DNA of 24,088 nt from an uncultured bacterium (GTDB taxonomy: Bacteria > Armatimonadota > Hebobacteria > Hebobacterales > Hebobacteraceae), in NCBI GenBank assembly GCA_964635365.1, contig CAZWRO010000004.1:6800-30887 (forward strand). The letters run 5' to 3'. Positions 22,159-24,088 of the stretch are shown here, in pieces (within the stretch, counting starts at the first letter, position 1; each line of letters opens with the position of its first letter). Both the position numbers and the translations under genes were made by a program. A model generated the notes under the pieces. That model made no database searches, was not told the DNA's origin, and saw only the letters and a program-made list of their open reading frames with translations.

Positions 22159-22392
22159 ATGGGTTCCATGAAGGAGAAAGTAGAGGCGGCTCTGGCCGAG
22201 GTCAGGCCGGCTCTTCAGCGTGACGGCGGCGACGTTGAGCTGGTAGAGGTGACGGAGGACTCTGTCGCCAAGGTTCGTCTGACCGGCGCTTGCCGCGGCT
22301 GTCCGATGGCTCAAATGACGTTACAGATGGGTATCGAGCGCGTGCTGAAGGAGAGGATTCCGGAACTGAAGGCTGTGGAAGCCGTAGCCTAG
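22159..22392 (+). CDS. Stand-alone NifU C-terminal / Nfu-type Fe-S carrier protein
   Basis: 'VRPALQRDGGDVELV…VRLTGACRGCPMAQMTLQMGIE' with the CxxC motif; GGAG SD at 22147-22150 (alternative ATG at 22168). Confidence 0.92.
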   Translation: MGSMKEKVEAALAEVRPALQRDGGDVELVEVTEDSVAKVRLTGACRGCPMAQMTLQMGIERVLKERIPELKAVEAVA

Positions 22393-22425
22393 CCTGTTTG
22401 ACAGAAGTACACCGATCGATGCTGG

Positions 22426-22457
22426 CGGCGGGTCAGACCGACCCGCCGTTTCGCTTT
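22426..22457 (+). terminator. Rho-independent terminator after the nfu gene (possibly bidirectional with cca)
   Basis: CGGCGGGTC-AGACC-GACCCGCCG followed by TTTCGCTTT, between convergent genes. Confidence 0.7.
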
Positions 22458-22478
22458 GTTGAGGCGCGCGGAAGTGGG

Positions 22479-23819
22479 CTACTTCCCCAGGAACCGGGAG
22501 CGGAGGGCCTCGATGGCATCCTCCCGGCTGGTAATCTCTCCGTCAATCTGCCGGTCGAGCAGATAGTCGAGCGCTTCGCCCACCTTTGGCCCCGGCTCGA
22601 GGCCGAGGAGGGCCATCACTTCGTCGCCGTTGAGCAGGGGTTTCATTCGCGCCAGCTCAGCGGCCTCTCCCACCCGCTGGATGCGGGCCCGCAGCTCGCC
22701 GAGGCGCTCCTCGAACTCCAGATAGTCGCGGGGGTCGCTGGCCGCCACGTCGGCTGCGGCCAGCGCGATGGCTGATTCGAGCTGGTCGCCGAGATCGAAC
22801 ATGAGCCGGCGCACGGCGGCCTCCGACCATTCGGAGCGGTAGTAAGGGATACGCAGATGATGCCGCACCAGGTGCGCCACTTGATTGGTCAGCCAGGCGG
22901 GCTGGCGGAGGCGTGAGAGGATGGTCCGGGAGCGCTCCTCCCCAATCGCCTCGTGACGATGGAAGTGGACTCCCGACGCGTCGCGAACGAAGCACTCGGG
23001 CTTGGCGATGTCGTGCAGCAGGGCGGCATAGCGGAGCGCCTTCTGGGCGGGCACGAGATCGACGGCTTCCAGGGTGTGTTCGAGCACATCCTTTATCTGG
23101 TCTCGTTCGCTCTCGGGTAGGTGGAGGCGAGTCAGTTCGGGAAGAGCGTGCTCGGCCAGGCCAAGCTCAACCATCAGACGGAGGCCGTCGGCTGGGTGCG
23201 ATGACAGGAGCAGTCGATCGAGCTCATCCCTGATGCGCTCGCACGAGATTCGCGGCAGCTCCTTGGCGGACCGAGCGATGGCGGGCGCGGCCTCCGGGCC
23301 GAGCGCGAAGTCAAGCTGGGCGCAGAAACGCACCGCCCTCAGCATTCGCAGCGGGTCCTCGGCTATTCGTTCGGCCGCATCGCCGACGAAGCGGACAACC
23401 CGCGCGCGGAGATCGTCCTGACCTCTGAAGGGATCGAGGAGGTCGCCGCGGTGCAGGTCGCGGGCCATGGCGTTGATGGTGAAGTCCCGGCGAGACAGAT
23501 CCGCTCGGATGTCATCGCCGAACGCGACTTGGGGCTTCCGGGAGACGCCGTTGTAGTCGTCGGAGCGGAAGGTGGTGATCTCGGCCTTGACGCCGTCCTT
23601 CTCCACCCCTACGGTGCCGAATCTCTCGCCGACCAGCCACACGGAGTCGGCCCACGACTCAACCCGCTCGCGGATCTCCTCTGGTCGCGCATCGGTGGCG
23701 AAATCGAGATCGCTGCTGGGACGATGGAGGAACTGATCTCGCAGGGAGCCGCCGACGAGGAAGAGCTGTCGGCCGGCAAAGGCCTTAGTGAACTGCCGGA
23801 TCAGTTTCTCTGTCGGCAT
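22479..23819 (-). CDS. cca: Class II CCA tRNA nucleotidyltransferase with HD domain
   Basis: 'LVGGSLRD', 'DLDFAT', 'RRDFTINAMA', 'EDPLRMLRAVRF', 'ERIRDEL' and HD domain 'VLEHTL…LLHDIAKP'. ATG 23819 gives a typical N-terminus. CCA versus poly(A) polymerase or CC-/A-adding activity cannot be fully resolved by eye. Confidence 0.88.
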   Translation of the reverse strand: MPTEKLIRQFTKAFAGRQLFLVGGSLRDQFLHRPSSDLDFATDARPEEIRERVESWADSVWLVGERFGTVGVEKDGVKAEITTFRSDDYNGVSRKPQVAFGDDIRADLSRRDFTINAMARDLHRGDLLDPFRGQDDLRARVVRFVGDAAERIAEDPLRMLRAVRFCAQLDFALGPEAAPAIARSAKELPRISCERIRDELDRLLLSSHPADGLRLMVELGLAEHALPELTRLHLPESERDQIKDVLEHTLEAVDLVPAQKALRYAALLHDIAKPECFVRDASGVHFHRHEAIGEERSRTILSRLRQPAWLTNQVAHLVRHHLRIPYYRSEWSEAAVRRLMFDLGDQLESAIALAAADVAASDPRDYLEFEERLGELRARIQRVGEAAELARMKPLLNGDEVMALLGLEPGPKVGEALDYLLDRQIDGEITSREDAIEALRSRFLGK

Positions 23820-24088
23820 ATCAGGACCGTGGCGCCTGGCTGAGCGACCTCCGGGCCGCTCCGGGTAGCCTTCACTCCGCCCCACGCTGTCCACTTCGTC
23901 ACCTTCCGGTTGCCTCCTGCTGGTGAGCCGGCCAGCCGGGGCCGGGAAGCCGGCGGGGGGTCGCCCGGGGGAGCGGGCGACACCCGAGATTCAGGTCACG
24001 GGTTAGGTGCCCCGCAGAGAGGTTCGTCCCGAGGCGGAAACACACCTGTGAACGGGAGGTGCATGTCTCTGCGTTGCAGAGCTTTGGC

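Noticed and set aside
1-24088. CRISPR arrays, tRNA/rRNA genes, transposases, integrases, phage or known defence genes
   Set aside because: No repeat-spacer pattern, tRNA cloverleaf signature or DDE/tyrosine/serine recombinase motif seen; nearly all sequence is explained by the listed genes.

Overview
GC-rich bacterial window with no mobile element, CRISPR array, rRNA or tRNA recognised. The triple-SLH and copper-amine-oxidase-N 'stalk' proteins suggest an Armatimonadota-like organism, and the hydrogenase-type and Feo genes suggest an anaerobe; both are inferences. Left to right it holds: (1) the 3' end of a group 4 [NiFe]-hydrogenase/formate-hydrogenlyase-like membrane complex operon (2x[4Fe-4S] ferredoxin, HyfE-like, HyfF-like, NuoB/HycG-type small subunit); (2) a secreted S8 subtilase with 3 SLH domains that lacks the oxyanion-hole Asn; (3) a UVR-motif protein of unknown function; (4) a 1.3-kaa SpoIVB (S55)-type protease that appears circularly permuted and is fused to a beta-propeller/Ig module; (5) a dtxR-feoA / feoB / dtxR-like-feoA operon with a DtxR-type operator overlapping its -10 box; (6) a secreted 1522-aa thioester alpha-2-macroglobulin (CFEQ) of complement/TEP-like layout, carrying a GspG-pseudopilin-like domain beside its bait region and an ECF-type promoter; (7) an Ig-Ig-LysM-stalk surface protein; (8) an orphan ModA-like lipoprotein with altered ligand residues; (9) a stand-alone NifU-C/Nfu protein; (10) a CCA-adding enzyme, followed by a structured non-coding region at the right edge. 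The most striking feature is a cluster of unusual cell-envelope protease and anti-protease proteins (items 2, 4, 6, 7). All family assignments come from motif recognition by eye; no database search was run.
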